The position numbers were made by a program, and so were the translations under genes. Below are positions 1-12,689 of a stretch of DNA of 64,000 bases, piece after piece. Each line of letters starts with the position of its first letter. Position 1 is the first letter of the stretch. The stretch is taken from contig JAGIQG010000022.1 in assembly GCA_024679065.1 (NCBI GenBank), positions 26,412,001-26,476,000 on the forward strand, given 5' to 3'. The notes beneath the pieces were generated by a model. It was not told where the DNA came from. It ran no database searches and worked only from the letters and a program-made list of their open reading frames with translations. The DNA comes from Sphyrna mokarran (lineage: Eukaryota).

Positions 1-54
1 TGCATTTCTAAATTTTCTCACTTCTGATGAGACGTCACCAAACTAAAACTTTTT

Positions 55-1615
55 GTGGTGGAATTTAGTACCCTTTTCCTGCTCCAGAGGAGGCTTTGGA
101 AGTGGGGAGTCCCTGTGATTGAGAAGCAAAGTACGAGGTGGTGATCTTGCCACTTTTCTAGTTCCATCTGTTAAAATTCAAAATGAGAAGGCTTAAAGAC
201 AGCCTTCCTGCCCAGAGGCCAATTGAGGCCTTTATGTGGCTACTTACAGCCCATCACCTATGTCCTCATTCTGCTCTACACCATCCTTAGTGGGTAGGCC
301 TTGAGCCTGAAGGGGAGGGACTTCCTTGCTGGGCACTCTGCCTGAAAGAGACAACAGCTGGCAGGGAGCAGAGGGATATGGATTGAGGGTCCTGTATGCT
401 GCTTAAATTGGCTTCGAGTGTCTGTCACTGGGACCACCATGTCTGGTCTCACCTTTTCTTGGGGTTTTAATGTGTAGATGGTACAATATTGAAGAGGTGC
501 CAGTATTTGGCTGATAGTTCTTGGAACTAAAACATCTACCTCGCACCAGGATTTCTGGGAGAGATTCCCCTCACATTTGCTGGAAATAGGTATGTAAGTG
601 CTTGATAGGAATTAAAATTTGGGCATTCCAAAAAGAGTTGTGGCGAAGTTGACACCATTTGCAATTGGTGGATGCACCATTAACCCCAATCATTACATTC
701 GACCCATTAGTTGGAATTGAATACCCCCTTCAAGGAGAATTTGGTGATGGGGGAGCATTTAATTGAGTGAGAGATTGTGAATAGCATCCCACCAACTTCT
801 AGCCTCTGCCCTAATTAAGACCAAAAAGGGAAGACTCAAGGATAGCCCTTCAGCTCCACTGCCAACTGAAGCCCTCAAATGGACATTTGTTTCCCATTTA
901 ATGGTCCCAACCTGCTGTTGCTAGGATTCACCCAATGGGGGACTTGCAATGTGGAAAGCCCAAAAATCAAATTTTTCTGCAATTACTTGTGGACTTCTGG
1001 GGGTGTGGCGGAGTCAGTTATTCAAAAGTGCGCTGGTGATCGAGTGACTCACCATCAGGAAAGGGGGAATAGGCCTGCCAAAAAGCACCCAACTTCCTAC
1101 TGGCCCCCATCCCTCACTCCATAATCCTGAATCTGCCTCACCGATAGCCTGAGTCCATCAGCAATCCTGGTCCTCGGAAGAGTGCATCACTAACAGCAAT
1201 GACCACCCTCAATAGTGCTGCTGAGCAATGGTCAGCTGGTGGTCTCTGAGTTAACACTTCTCAGGGTGGGGGGGGTACTGGAGGGAGGTAAGAGGGTGGG
1301 GACATGATGTCCTTGTGGGGGAAGGAAGGTCTTTTGTTATACTGAGGGATCCTGGCACTCTTGTGAAACAGCACTTGAGTGCTCTGGAGCTGGGCTCACT
1401 GGCATGTTGAGGCCCCCCACCCCCCCCAGTATCAGTGCAAAACTTCCATTTGTCCAAAAAAGTACTTGTGTGGGATGACTATGGTGCGCATGGTGCCTGA
1501 GAGACCAGTGCCGATCACGCCATTGTTCTCTCCATTCTGACACTTAGTCATTTTTTGGGAGATCTATGTATGCCCCTCATTTCTGTTCTAATTTTAAGGA
1601 ATCACGACTGCAAAC
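55..1615. mobile_element. Degraded non-autonomous DNA-transposon-like repeats (probably two elements, about 55-625 and 712-1615)
   Basis: GC-richer blocks with GGAATTT/AAATT-type ends resembling the other TIR elements in this window; no coding capacity. Confidence 0.35.
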
Positions 1616-2060
1616 CCTTCCAAAACCTTGACAAAAATAACAAACTCACGATTGCATATGGCGCTTCAACTATATTATTCAAATTCAATCTCACTTAGCT
1701 CACTTTTATATTTAATTTCCCTTTGTATAAAATTCAGAATCTCATTACCTTTTTTATTGCCTTATTGTACCTTTTATGATAAAAATCTGTCCTTTTTTCC
1801 TCACTGGATTGTGTGGTAAAGATTTGCTGCCCATTCCAACTTGCCCTGGAGGCAACAAAATAACTTGCCCAGGGTAAAGGACGCTTGTTCGATCACATTT
1901 TTCTTTCACTCAGCAATTCCCATTTATTTTGTACTTTCTTTTTGATGTATTTTATTGCCATTGTAGTGTTTAGCATTGGTCTCCATCATCTACTCAATTT
2001 GCCAAGCTTTCTTTGCATCATGAATTATTTTCATTACACACTATGATTTGCCATAATTAA

Positions 2061-3606
2061 TAGAACATAGAACATTACAGCGCAGTACAGGCCCTTTGGC
2101 CCTCGATGTTGCGCCGGCCAGTGGACCCTCTAACCTAAACTATTCCAATATCATCCATATGCCTATCCACCGAACATTTGAATGCCCCCAAAGTAGGCGA
2201 GTCCACAACTGCTGCAGGCAGGGCATTCCACGCCCTCACCACCCTCTGTGTAAAGAACCTGCCTCTGACATCCGTCCTATAACTACCACCTCTTAATTTA
2301 AAGTTATGTCCCCTCGTGTTGGTCATCACCATCCGAGGAAAAAGGCTCTCACTATCCACCCTATCCAATCCCTTGATCATCTTATACGCCTCAATTAGGT
2401 CACCGCGTAACCTTCTTCTCTCTAATGAAAATAACCTCAGGTCCCTCAGCCTTTCCTCATAAGGCCTTCCCACCATACCAGGCAACATCCTGGTAAACCT
2501 CCTCTGCACCCTTTCCAATGCTTCCACATCTTTCTTATAATGCGGCGACCAGAACTGTACGCAATACTCCAAGTGCGGCCGCACCAGAGTTTTGTACAGT
2601 TGTAACATAACCTCACGGCTCCTAAATTCAATCCCTCTACCAATAAAAGCTAACACACCGTACGCCTTCTTAACAACTTTATCAACCTGGGTGCCAACTT
2701 TCAAAGAGCTATGTACTTGTACCCCAAGATCCCTCTGCTCGACAACACTATTAAGGGTCCTTCCATTAGCCCTATATTTCATATGCCTGTTATTCCTACC
2801 AAAGTGAATCACCTCACACTTATCCGTATTGAATTCCATTTGCCACCTCACGGCCCAGCTCTGCAACCTATCTATGTCCCTCTGCAAACTGTAACATCCA
2901 TCCTCGCTGTCTACAACTCCCCCCACTTTGGTATCGTCAGCAAATTTACTAATCCAACCCTCTACACCCTCATCTAGGTCATTTATAAAAATGACAAACA
3001 GCAGTGGCCCAAAACAGATCCTTGAGGTACACCACTTGTAACTGCACTCCAGGTTGAATATTTCCCATCAACCACCACCCTCTGTCTTCTATCAGCTAGC
3101 CAATTCCTAATCCAAACTGCTAAATCACCTTCAATCCCATGCATCTGCACTTTCTGCAGTAGCCTACCATGGGGAACCTTATCAAACGCTTTGCTAAAAT
3201 CCATATACACTACATCAACTGCCTTACCCTTATCTACCTCTTTGGTCACCTCCTCAAAAAACTCAATAAGGTTTGTGAGGCACGACCTACCCTTCACAAA
3301 ACCGTGCTGACTATCCCTAATCAATTTATTTCTCTCTAGATGCTTATAAATCCTATCCCTTATAATTCTTTCCAAGACTTTGCCCACAACAGAAGTCAGG
3401 CTCACCGGTCTATAATTTCCAGGATGGTCCCTACTCCCCTTTTTGAACAAAGGGACAACATTTGCCATCCTCCAGTCTTCCGGCACTATACCTGTAGCTA
3501 ACGACGACATGAAGATCAAAGCCAAAGGCTCTGCAATCTCCTCTCTAGCCTCCCAGAGAATCCTAGGGTAAATCCCATCTGGCCCAGGGGACTTATCAAT
3601 TTTCAT
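2061..3606 (-). mobile_element. 5'-truncated CR1/HER1-type LINE, young copy (RT and C-terminal part of ORF2)
   Basis: ORFs 2983-3606 and 2135-2926 contain KSPGPDG, NYRPVSLTS, QHGF, DFSKAFD, GVPQGSVLG; KFADDT at ~2928-2945; frameshift near 3008; (TGTTCTA)n 3' tail at 2061. Confidence 0.95.
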
Positions 3607-3831
3607 ACCCTAATTGGTAAACTGCAACATAATTTCTTCTATTGCCGTGTCTATATATTTAGCATAAATCAATTTCAAAAGAATTTCTTTGACATTGAAT
3701 AACAGGGCACCTCAGAATCTGTATTCCACTGATTGTAAAAAAAAACCTTTCTTCCAACAAGTACCGAGAAGGCTGTAAAATCTCAGTAGGTTCAGCAGTA
3801 TTTGTTTTTGACGTTTTAAAGTTTATTTATT

Positions 3832-4098
3832 AGTGTCACAAGTAGGCTTACATTAGCACTACAGTAAAGTTACTGTGAAAATTCCCAAGTCGCACCTGAT
3901 TGGGTACACTGAGGGAGAATTTAGTGTGGCCAGTGCACCTAACACGTTTTTTGGATTGTGGGAGGAACTGGAGCACTGGGAGAGAAAACATGCAGACACA
4001 GGGAGAACATGCAACCTCCACATAGACAGTGACCCAAACAGAGAGTCGAACCTCGGTCCCTGGCACTGTGAGACAGCAGTGCTAACCACTGTGCTGCC
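3832..4098 (-). mobile_element. HE1-type tRNA-derived V-SINE
   Basis: Reverse strand reads ggcagcacagtggttagcactgctg (A box), ggttcgactc (B box), V-domain gtctgcatg...tgctccagtt, tail ttgtgacactaataaataaac. Confidence 0.9.
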
Positions 4099-4144
4099 TA
4101 TAGGGTGAGAAAACAAAGTATGTAATTCTGCCCTTACAGATGTT

Positions 4145-4424
4145 ATGATGTGGAGATACCGGTGTTGAATTGGGGTAAACACAGTGAGAAGTCTCACAAC
4201 ACAATTAGTGCTGTGGGACTTCTTACTATGTTTATCCCAGTTCAATGTCGGCATCTCCACATCATGACTATGATCGACACTGCAAACTGCTGGCTTCAAA
4301 TGGAGAGGATCTCCAAGTGTGATCAGAACTCTCCACTCAGCTGACAAAGGATCAGAGGCCTGAAAACTAGTGGCTTTTGCTACCAAATACGTTGGACGTT
4401 AACCTGGTGTTGTGAGACTTCCTA
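4145..4424 (+). mobile_element. Penelope-like mini-element (family A) with a 58-bp hairpin and a decayed hammerhead
   Basis: Arms 4145-4202 and 4208-4265; CTGACAA..GAAA at 4341-4365; family end ctggtgttgtgagactt; flanking tacagatgtt/tacaaatgtt. Confidence 0.75.
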
Positions 4425-4809
4425 CAAATGTTGCCAGACCTGTTGAGTTTTTCCAGTATTTTCTGTTCTTGTTTCAGATTCCAGCATCTGCAGTATCCTT
4501 GATATCTATCGTTTTCCTTTTGTCTCCAGCCATTTCTGTAGCCAACAGCTTTAATTTTTGCAATCCATCTCTTAAGAGACCTTAAAAAGAGCCTCCTGAA
4601 AATCTATACCAACAGCATCCATCACATTTCATTTATCTATGTATTTTAATTCTAAACAAGGTTTTTTTTTAAACACAAATTGATGGTTATTGTTACCCAC
4701 ACACACACAGATAAGAATAGAGGATACAATTGGTTTCTCGAAAAATAGAAAACAAAACAACCAATTTGTGCACAGAGAAGTCCGATGATTAGCAACTTAA
4801 TTTATGACT

Positions 4810-5085
4810 AGATCTTCTGGTTTTAGGTGTTGGTGAAGGAATAAACATTGGCCAGAAAACTAGGAGAACTGGTTGCTCTTAGATTGCTGCTATAAATTTT
4901 TTATGCACCTGAAAGTATACCACAGTGCCTCGGTTTAACCTCTCATTAAAATTTGTCACCTCAATCAATACAACACACAATTTATACACTGGAGCATCAG
5001 CCTGGAATTTTTACTCATCCCTGTGGGATAGGACTTGAACCCCAACTTTTTGACTCCAGTGAGAGCACGACCAACTGAGCCGGGG
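4810..5085 (-). mobile_element. SacSINE1-like DeuSINE
   Basis: Reverse strand: ggctcagttgg (A box), ggttcaagtcc (B box), Deu-domain-like atgagaggttaaaccgaggc...ctggccaatgtttattccttcaccaaca. Confidence 0.7.
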
Positions 5086-5189
5086 ATAGGCCCAAATAGA
5101 ATGATACTATAACTTAGCATCTCTGGAGAGCACTGAGACATTTCAACCCATCAGCCATCTTTTTCAAGACAAGGTTGCTGAGAGTTAAG

Positions 5190-6556
5190 AAGCGACATAA
5201 GGGTACTTGTAGATCAGTAAATCTTATTTCTGTTGTGAGCAAAGTTTTGGAAAGGATTATAAGAGATAGGATTTATAATTATCTAGAAAGGAATAATTTT
5301 ATTGGGGATAGTCAACTCGGTTTTGTGAAGGGTCGATTGTGGCTCATAAATCTTACTGAGTTTGAGAAGTTGACTAAAGAGGTGAATGAGGGTAAAGCAG
5401 TTGATGTGGTGTATATGGGTTTCAGTAAAGCATTTGATAAGATTCCCCATGGTAAGCTATTGCAGAAGTTACAGAGGCATGGGATTGAGGGTGATTTAGC
5501 AGTTTGGATCAGAAATTAGCTAGCTATAAGAAGACAGAGGGAGGTGGTTGATGGGACATGTTCATCCTGGAGTTCAGTTACTAGTCGTGTACTGCAAGGA
5601 TGTTTTGGGGCCACTGCTGTTTGCCATTTTTATAAATGACCTGGATAAAGGCGTAGAAGGATGGGTTAGTAAATTTGCGAATGACACTAAAGTTAGTGGA
5701 GTTGTGGACAGGGCGGAAGGATGTTGCAGGTTACAGAGGGACATAGATAAGCTGCAGAGCTGAGCTGAGAGGTGGCAAATGGAGTTTGATGCAGAAAAGT
5801 GTGAAGTGATTCATTTGGAAGGAGTAACAGGAATACAGAGCACTGGGCTAATAGTAAGATACTTCGTGGTGCGGATCAGCAGAGAGATCTCCATGTCCAT
5901 GCACATAGATCCCTGAATGTTTGTACTCAGGTTGATAGAGTTGTTAAGAAGGCATACAGTGCGTTAGCTTTTATTGGTAGAAGGATTGAGTTCCGGAGCC
6001 ATGAGATCATGTTGCAGCTGTACAAGGCTCTGGTGCGGCTGCACTTTGAGTATTGCGTATAGTTCTGGTTGCCACATTATGGGAAGAATGTAGAAGCATA
6101 GGAAAGGGTGCAGAGGAGATTTACCAGGATGTTGTCTGGTATAGTGGGAACATCTTATGAGGAAAGGCTGAGGGAATTAAGGCTGTTTTTGTTAGAGGGA
6201 AGAAGATTAAGAGGTGATTTAATACAGGCATATAAGATGATCAGAGGATTATATAAAATAGGCAGACAAGAGTCTTTCCTTGGTTGGAGATGGCTAGCAC
6301 GAGGGGGCATAGCTTCAAATTGAGGGCTGTTAGATATAGGACAGATGACAGAGGTAGGTTCTTTACTCAGAAAATAGTAAGAACATGGCATGTCTTGCCT
6401 GCAATAGTAGTGGACTTGCCAACTTTAAGGGCATTTAAAAGTCATTAAACACATGGATGATTTTGGAATAGTGTAGGTTAGATGGGCTTTAGGTTGGTTT
6501 CACAAGTAGGTGCAATATCAAGGGCCGAAGGGTCTGTACTGTGCTGTGATGTTCTA
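5190..6556 (+). mobile_element. 5'-truncated CR1/HER1 LINE, disrupted RT region
   Basis: ORFs 5175-5519, 5548-5763, 6108-6323 give FSKAFDK, FINDLD, FANDTK, QRRFTRML; 3' end gggccgaagggtctgtactgtgctg. Confidence 0.93.
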
Positions 6557-7529
6557 CGATACAGGGAAATGACGGACGTGGGGTGTTTGCTTAAGTCTAC
6601 AGACAAATATTTGGGAAGCCCAGCACTTCCACTATTGATACTATGTGGGAAATTTGTCTGGAACGTTTTCCTCTATCTTACTCCAGAGAACTATTCCATA
6701 GCTAGGACTATAGTCTGACTGTAATAAGATGAAATTGGTGGTATTAAAAATTGGGTGTGTGCTATAAAGGACAGATAATTTACTCCCTCAAGTTACTGTC
6801 CAGACAGTAAAGCTAAAACTCTAACCCCATGTTGTTTCATTGTGTTTGTGGCAATGATATGTTTGGATTTATCTCTTGGTGTAATGTTCTGTGCTGTTTT
6901 ATATAATGTATTGTTCAGTGTCTATGATGTATGTTTTTGGTGAATTTTCTGTATTGCAAGTCCATATGCTTGAAATACTTGCAATGCGTATTGCAGGAGT
7001 GCTCTCCAGAAGCATTCTACATTATGGTGTTATTCTATTTGGGCCTAACCCTGACTTTCTGTATCAGTAAAATATAGGTTCTGATGTGCTCTATTATTCT
7101 GCGCCAAAGGAATTCTTTTGATATTGATTTGCGCTAAGTGCTAAATGACTCAGTTGGTAGCTCTCTTTCCTAAGTATCTTTTCTTAACTGATACTCATTA
7201 ACAAGAATACAGTTTGTGTGTAGTCCTTTGATTAGTAATGGACTTGCAAGAAATCTACATGCCCAGTTTTCAGTAATTTAGTTTCATGAACAACTGTGGT
7301 TATTTCAAGATTATTTGATTAATTGCTATTGATCAATGATAGGTGTCAGTAGTGGACACTGTGTTTCTGTTGCAAAGTAATGTAAGGTCCTCAGTTGGTG
7401 TATGAGTGATTAGACACAGATATGAAGACTTCTCACTGTTCCATTATAGTAGAACAGCTCATGTGGTTGCATAGTTAGTGTCTACATCGGTGAAAGTGTA
7501 AACCAGTTTATCCACACAGCATAATACAG

Positions 7530-7820
7530 AGAAAGATAGAAACCAGAGGAAGGAATAGAACACTTGGCTCTTTGAGTCTGCTTCTCCGTTCATCTTGTTC
7601 AAGGCTGATCATCGAATTTAATACCCTGATCTCCTCCCACCCCTTCCTCCCATAACCCTTGATCCTTTTAGTCCCAAGAGTCATATCTAATTTCTTCTTG
7701 AAATCAGACAATGTTTTAGCCTCAATGGTTTTCTGTGGTCGTGAATTCCACAGTTTCGGCACTTTCTGGGTGAAGAAATTTCTCCTTCAGTTCTAAAAGG
7801 TTTATCCCTTATCCATTATG
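7530..7820 (-). mobile_element. CR1 LINE 3' end fragment
   Basis: ORF 7508-7762 LWNSRPQKTIEAKTLSDFKKKLD is the CR1 ORF2 C-terminus, followed by 3'UTR. Confidence 0.8.
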
Positions 7821-7845
7821 ACGGGTGTAGAGATTCTATCAGTCT

Positions 7846-9140
7846 GGGCCTGATTTTACCAACAAACAGTGCCTGTTTTCGGGCGCAAAATCATGATAAA
7901 TTAGGGTGTGAAGCCTTTATCTCTATCTGCACCCGAGCCCGTGCAGATTGTCAGTTTATTGAGACCTGCAAATGGCAGGGATCCATTCCAGGCCCATATC
8001 AGGCGCAACAACGATTTAAATGCATTTGCATGCATTTAAATTGAATTAGTGAACTTCCCGCCCAACTCGATCAGCATTTCCCCCTTTACCACTGTATTTA
8101 CCAATCCGGAAGTGCAATTTTAGGGACCTGCTGAATAAAAGTCTGAGTTGGGTTCTCCAGTCTCTGAAGAGCACTTTGTGTCCAACGTCTCTCTGACTCA
8201 GATCAGTGGTGGGGGTCAGAGTGGAGGTGGCAGCAGGTCAGATCATTCTCTGCTTGGAAGGGCGGAGGAGGGGAATGAGGTCAAATGTATCTCTGGTGAG
8301 GGAGGGCTGATAGTTGTCTGGAGGTGGGAGGGGTAAGGTTGATAGTTGTCTGGCGGTGGGGGGGAGAGGGCTGATAGTTGTCTGGTGGCGGGGGGAGGAG
8401 GCAGGTCAGGCGTTCTTCTCGGACGGGAGGGGGAGTGAGGCCAGATCATTGTCTTGGTGGGGGGTGCAGCGAGGAGGGAAGCATGTCAGATGGATCTGTA
8501 GTGGGGGGAGCAGGGCAGATGGATGTCTGTGTGGGGGTGGGGGATGGGGGGAAGCAAGGAGTCTGTTGCCACTCTGCGGGCGATCAATGGGGGGAAGGGG
8601 GGCAAGGAGTCTGTTGCCACTCTGAGGGCAATCAGTGGGGGGAATGGGGGCAGGGGTGGTGATCAGTCTGAGGTAATGGAGTGGTTGGAGAAGAAAAGCA
8701 GTGATGTATGTGCCTCCTTATCCACCTCCATTCATTACCCACACACATTGCCATTCCCCTTATCCACCCCCCACTACCCAAATTGATTGCCATCCCTCCC
8801 TCTCCCCCACCAATCACAAGCAGAATGGTAGCAGACCCCCCGCTGCCCCCCCGTCAGAGATCCATCTGACCCCCAAGCTACATCTTACCCCGCCCTCCTC
8901 CCTCCAAGCTACACCCTTGCTCCCGCTTTTCGCTCCCAGAGCACTTTCTCCGCTCTTTCCAATTTTTTTCTAACTGCTTGTGCACTGTTCAGAGCTCTGA
9001 TCGTTCCGGCAGTGCTAACAGCAAGAATCAGACTGGAAATGACTGCAAGTGTATGGGGGCACCCGAAAGCGGATTTCTAAGTTGGACCTGTACTACACTC
9101 AAAATAGGCACTTAGAATGAAAATAGTAGAATTGTGTCCT
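7846..9140. mobile_element. Non-autonomous TIR DNA element (PIF/Harbinger-like, inferred) with G-rich/C-rich interior
   Basis: Left gggcctgattttacc...agtgcctgtttt; right end reverse-complements to ggacacaattctact...agtgcctatttt; internal minisatellites. Confidence 0.55.
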
Positions 9141-9161
9141 TGTTTTAAATTAATGGGGACA

Positions 9162-9508
9162 ATAGAATCATAGAATTCTACAGTGCAGAAAGAGACCCTT
9201 CGGCCCGTCGAGTCTGTACCAAACACAATCCCACCCAGGCCTTATCCCCATATCCCTACATATGACATCCATTAATCCCTCTCGCTTACACATCCCTGGA
9301 TAATAAGGAGCAATTTCTTAACATGGCCAATCAACCTAACTCGCATGTCTTTGGACTGTGGGAAGAAACCAGAGTACCTGGAGGAAACCCATGCAGACAT
9401 GAGAAGAATATGCAAATTCCACACAGACAGCGACCCGAGCTGGGAATCGAACCCAGGACCCTGGAACTGTGAAGCAGCAGTGCTAACCACTGTGCTACCA
9501 TGCCACCC
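9162..9508 (-). mobile_element. HE1 SINE, full length
   Basis: A/B boxes, V-domain, CR1-shared tail gggccgaagggtctc...ctgtagaattctatgattctat. Confidence 0.92.
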
Positions 9509-10489
9509 CCAATTGCACAGGAAGTGCAGCCAACACATATATCGAAGGGTCTGAAAAACCCTCAAAGTGGAACTCACAGATTGTCTTTAATTTTTGTAAC
9601 TGAACAACTGAAAACTCAGCTTTTCTCTTCAAAGTATTTTCAGCTACATTCATCTGAAAAGTCAACTGTTCAAATATCTGGATTCTGGACTCTGCAGGAT
9701 ATGCTACTTACAAGTCTCATATTAATAAGACCAAGAGAGCAGATTTTCTTGGTTTGCTATTTGTAGCAATACTTGTAACACATTTCTTATGTAAGTGTTG
9801 AAGATTTCTCTACTAATTCTGAGCAGACGAAATATCTTTCTACTTGAATAAAGGAGAAGTGCATATTAGGGGAAAGAATAAAGAAGCTTCTGTACTTGTG
9901 AGGTAGTTCCATTTATTATTTTTGCCTGTTTAGATATGAGTGTTTTCTAAGCACTAATGTTGGAGTACACAGAATACAGCATTCTCTTCACAGTGGGTCA
10001 TCATTAGCACTATATTTGAGAGTCTGACAAAATTTATTAAGCATGCAGTATAATCAATGCTTGAAGTGTTATATTAGCATAAAAATGCATTAACACTTTT
10101 TAGCTTTACACAATCCAACGTTTCTTTTTAAAAGTGTCCCTTGTGTTGACAGAATGCAGTATATTTTAGCTGACAGTGTGATAAGTGGCATTGCACTTCA
10201 TTTGCAGTACTTTGTGCTAGATAATAATCCAAGGTCATAACAAGAATAGAAGCGTGTACACAATTCTGTGTTGTTCATGAAGCCTCACTCTACTTTGAAT
10301 TAATTTATATGCATAATCCATTGTTAAATTACCATTGACGTTCTTATAAATTATGTAGTGTATCAGACTAATAATTCCAAACATCAATGTTGAAAGATTT
10401 TGTCTAATGGATGCAGAGAATAACCAAAACCTTGTGAGCCATTTCTTCAATTAATGTTTGTTTATTGCATTAAATGGATGTTTACTGGG

Positions 10490-10760
10490 TAGGCGGTACA
10501 GTGATTAACACTGTTGCCTCACAGCATCAGGGATCTGGGTTCAATTTCTCACTCAGGTCACTGTCTGTGTGGATTTTGCACATTCTCCCCCGGTCTGTGT
10601 GGGTTTCCTCCAGGTGCTCCAGTTTCCTCCAACAGTCTAAAGATGTGCAGGTTAGATGCATTAACCAAACTGGTGCCAGAGTGTGATGACTAGGGGAATT
10701 CCACAGCAACTTCATTGCAGTGTTAATGTAAGCCTTACTTGTGATTAATAAATAAACTTT
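10490..10760 (+). mobile_element. HE1-type SINE
   Basis: ggcggtacagtgattaacactgttgcctcacagc...gggttcaatt...gtctgtgtgggtttcctccaggtgctcc. Confidence 0.9.
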
Positions 10761-11521
10761 TAATTTTACCAATCTGCACAAATTTGCAAAAATCAAGATA
10801 AACCTAACCTTGGATTCATAGCAAAAATTTGACTCAATAGTTTTGCTCGAGAATTATTTTATTTATCAGCACTTAAATAATTGTATTTCATTTTCAAGTC
10901 GAGATTAAGTTAAATTTCTGAATAATTAATCACAAATTTATAACAATGCTTGTATTAATTTAGAAAATAACCATATCTAATTATTTCTGCTGAATTGTGT
11001 TTTAATTTCAAAGGGAACATTATTCTGACATTAGACTAGTAACTGTAAAGAAATCTTTGTCCAAATCATTTTCAATTTATGTGACATAGTGTAATTAAAT
11101 TCAGATCTGTAGGGCAAAAGCTGATGATACAAAAGAGAATTTTGTGTAGGTCAGGGTTTTTCCTCATACTTACTTCTGCAAGTTGATAGAAAAAGTAATA
11201 ATTAGAAACAAATGGAAGTAGTTTGTTGTAGCTAAAAAGCCAATACTTACAAACAATGATACATTACTCACATTTCTAACACAGTGCAATAAAATCTACT
11301 GATTCCTGAATGTGATTGCATTTTCCACCTTATTAATTCAGATCCCGAAGGGAATTTTTTTTTTAACCGTTTGCTGTCTTAGTGATGCAAAAATGAAACA
11401 AAACAATGGAGAATAGTGCAGCTGGTGACATGGAAAAGTTCAGTAGATGAAGAACACCATCTACATGGCAATTGGAAAGAAAAATTGCTGAACATAATTG
11501 TAATTCTTTGTGCATAATGAT

Positions 11522-11640
11522 GCAGGCACATCTTTGGACTGTTGGAGGAAACTGGAGCACCTGGAGGAAACCCACACAGACCGTGGGAGAATGTGCAAAA
11601 TCCACACAGACAGTGACCTGAGTGAGAAATTGAGTATCCA
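11522..11640 (-). mobile_element. HE1 SINE internal fragment
   Basis: V-domain; near-exact reverse complement of 10542-10650. Confidence 0.85.
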
Positions 11641-11694
11641 TTGTGTACCCTTCTGGGAAAGGTGGTAAACCAGATACAAATCCAGCCCAATGAT

Positions 11695-12345
11695 AGGATA
11701 GAGGCACAGAAGATAGGAGCAGGAGTAGGCCATTTGGCCCTTCGAGTCTGCTCCACTATACATTTCGAACATGGCTGATCATTCAACTCAATAACCTAAT
11801 CCCACCTTCTCCCATATCCTTTGATCTCCTTCTTGAAAACATATATTTTAGCTTCAACTGTTTTTTTCTGATAGTGGATTTCACAGACTCATTACTCTAT
11901 GGGTGATTAAATCTTTCTTCCTCCTCAGCCCTAAAAGGTTTACCCATATTCTTAGAATATGACTCCTGCTTCTGGACACCCACACCATCAGAAACATTCT
12001 TTTTGCATCTATCTGGTCTAGTCCTGTTCGAATTACATAGGTTTCTATGAAATTCCTTCCTCATTCTTCTAATATCCAGTGAATATGTTCCCAACCGACT
12101 CAATTTCTTCTCATATGTCAGTCCTGGCCTCCCAGGAATCAGTCTGGTAAACCTTTGCTTCCTCTATAGCAAGAAAACCTTCCTCAGATAAGGAGAACAA
12201 AACTGCACATGATATTCCAGCTTTGGTCTCATCAAGGCCAATGTAATTGCAGCAAGACAACTCTGCTCCTGAACTCAAGTGCCCTTGCTATGAAGGCCAA
12301 CATAACATTTGCATTCTTTACTGCTGACTGAGCTTGCATGCTTCA
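11695..12345 (-). mobile_element. Degraded CR1 LINE 3' portion
   Basis: Tail gactcgaagggccaaatggcctactcctgctcct; RLGTYSLDIRRMR remnant. Confidence 0.85.
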
Positions 12346-12689
12346 AAATGTGGAAAATTCCCCTCTAATCCCTATAACCCCTTTAGGTGATCATAACTAG
12401 TCCAGGAGCCTCAAATAATCTCTTAAGATTGGCAGGCTCAGATTGTAATTGTCTTTTGTAAGCTGGCCCAGGGAGGTACAGATGTTGGATTCTGCAGCTG
12501 TGTTGCTGCTGTCATCCAGTTGTTTCCTGTCATGCATGTTTAAGTGCTTCCCCAGGCACGTTCTTCTCAAACTCATTCCCTAACTCATTTGAGGTTGATA
12601 TACCAGTACTCATAGTTGTAATGGACCGCACCATGCAATGTGCTATGAAGTTTTGCCAGAAGTGTTGAACAGGTATTTTGTATCTATCT

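Larger units (their letters stand above)
3762..4500. mobile_element. Penelope-derived fold-back repeat (family B) hosting nested SINE and PLE insertions
   Basis: 3762-3805 is a degenerate inverse of 4425-4497 (cagatgttgccagacctgttgagtttttccag...gcatctgcagta); same family as 35948-36970. Confidence 0.55.

Noticed and set aside
20-50. CTGATGA hammerhead-like motif at the window start
   Set aside because: No GAAA box and no convincing stem II; at most a decayed PLE relic
2135-3606. Long ORFs as a functional gene
   Set aside because: 5'-truncated, frameshifted CR1 RT
8296-8660. CRISPR-like repeat-spacer pattern
   Set aside because: Only 2-3 units with G-run spacers, in eukaryotic DNA; a minisatellite
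8148-8973. Gly/Pro-rich ORFs
   Set aside because: Artefacts of G/C-skewed low-complexity repeat sequence
9272-9577. Recurrent short ORFs of the type VAQWLAL / SLSVWILHILP..WVSS
   Set aside because: They are translations of HE1 SINE copies
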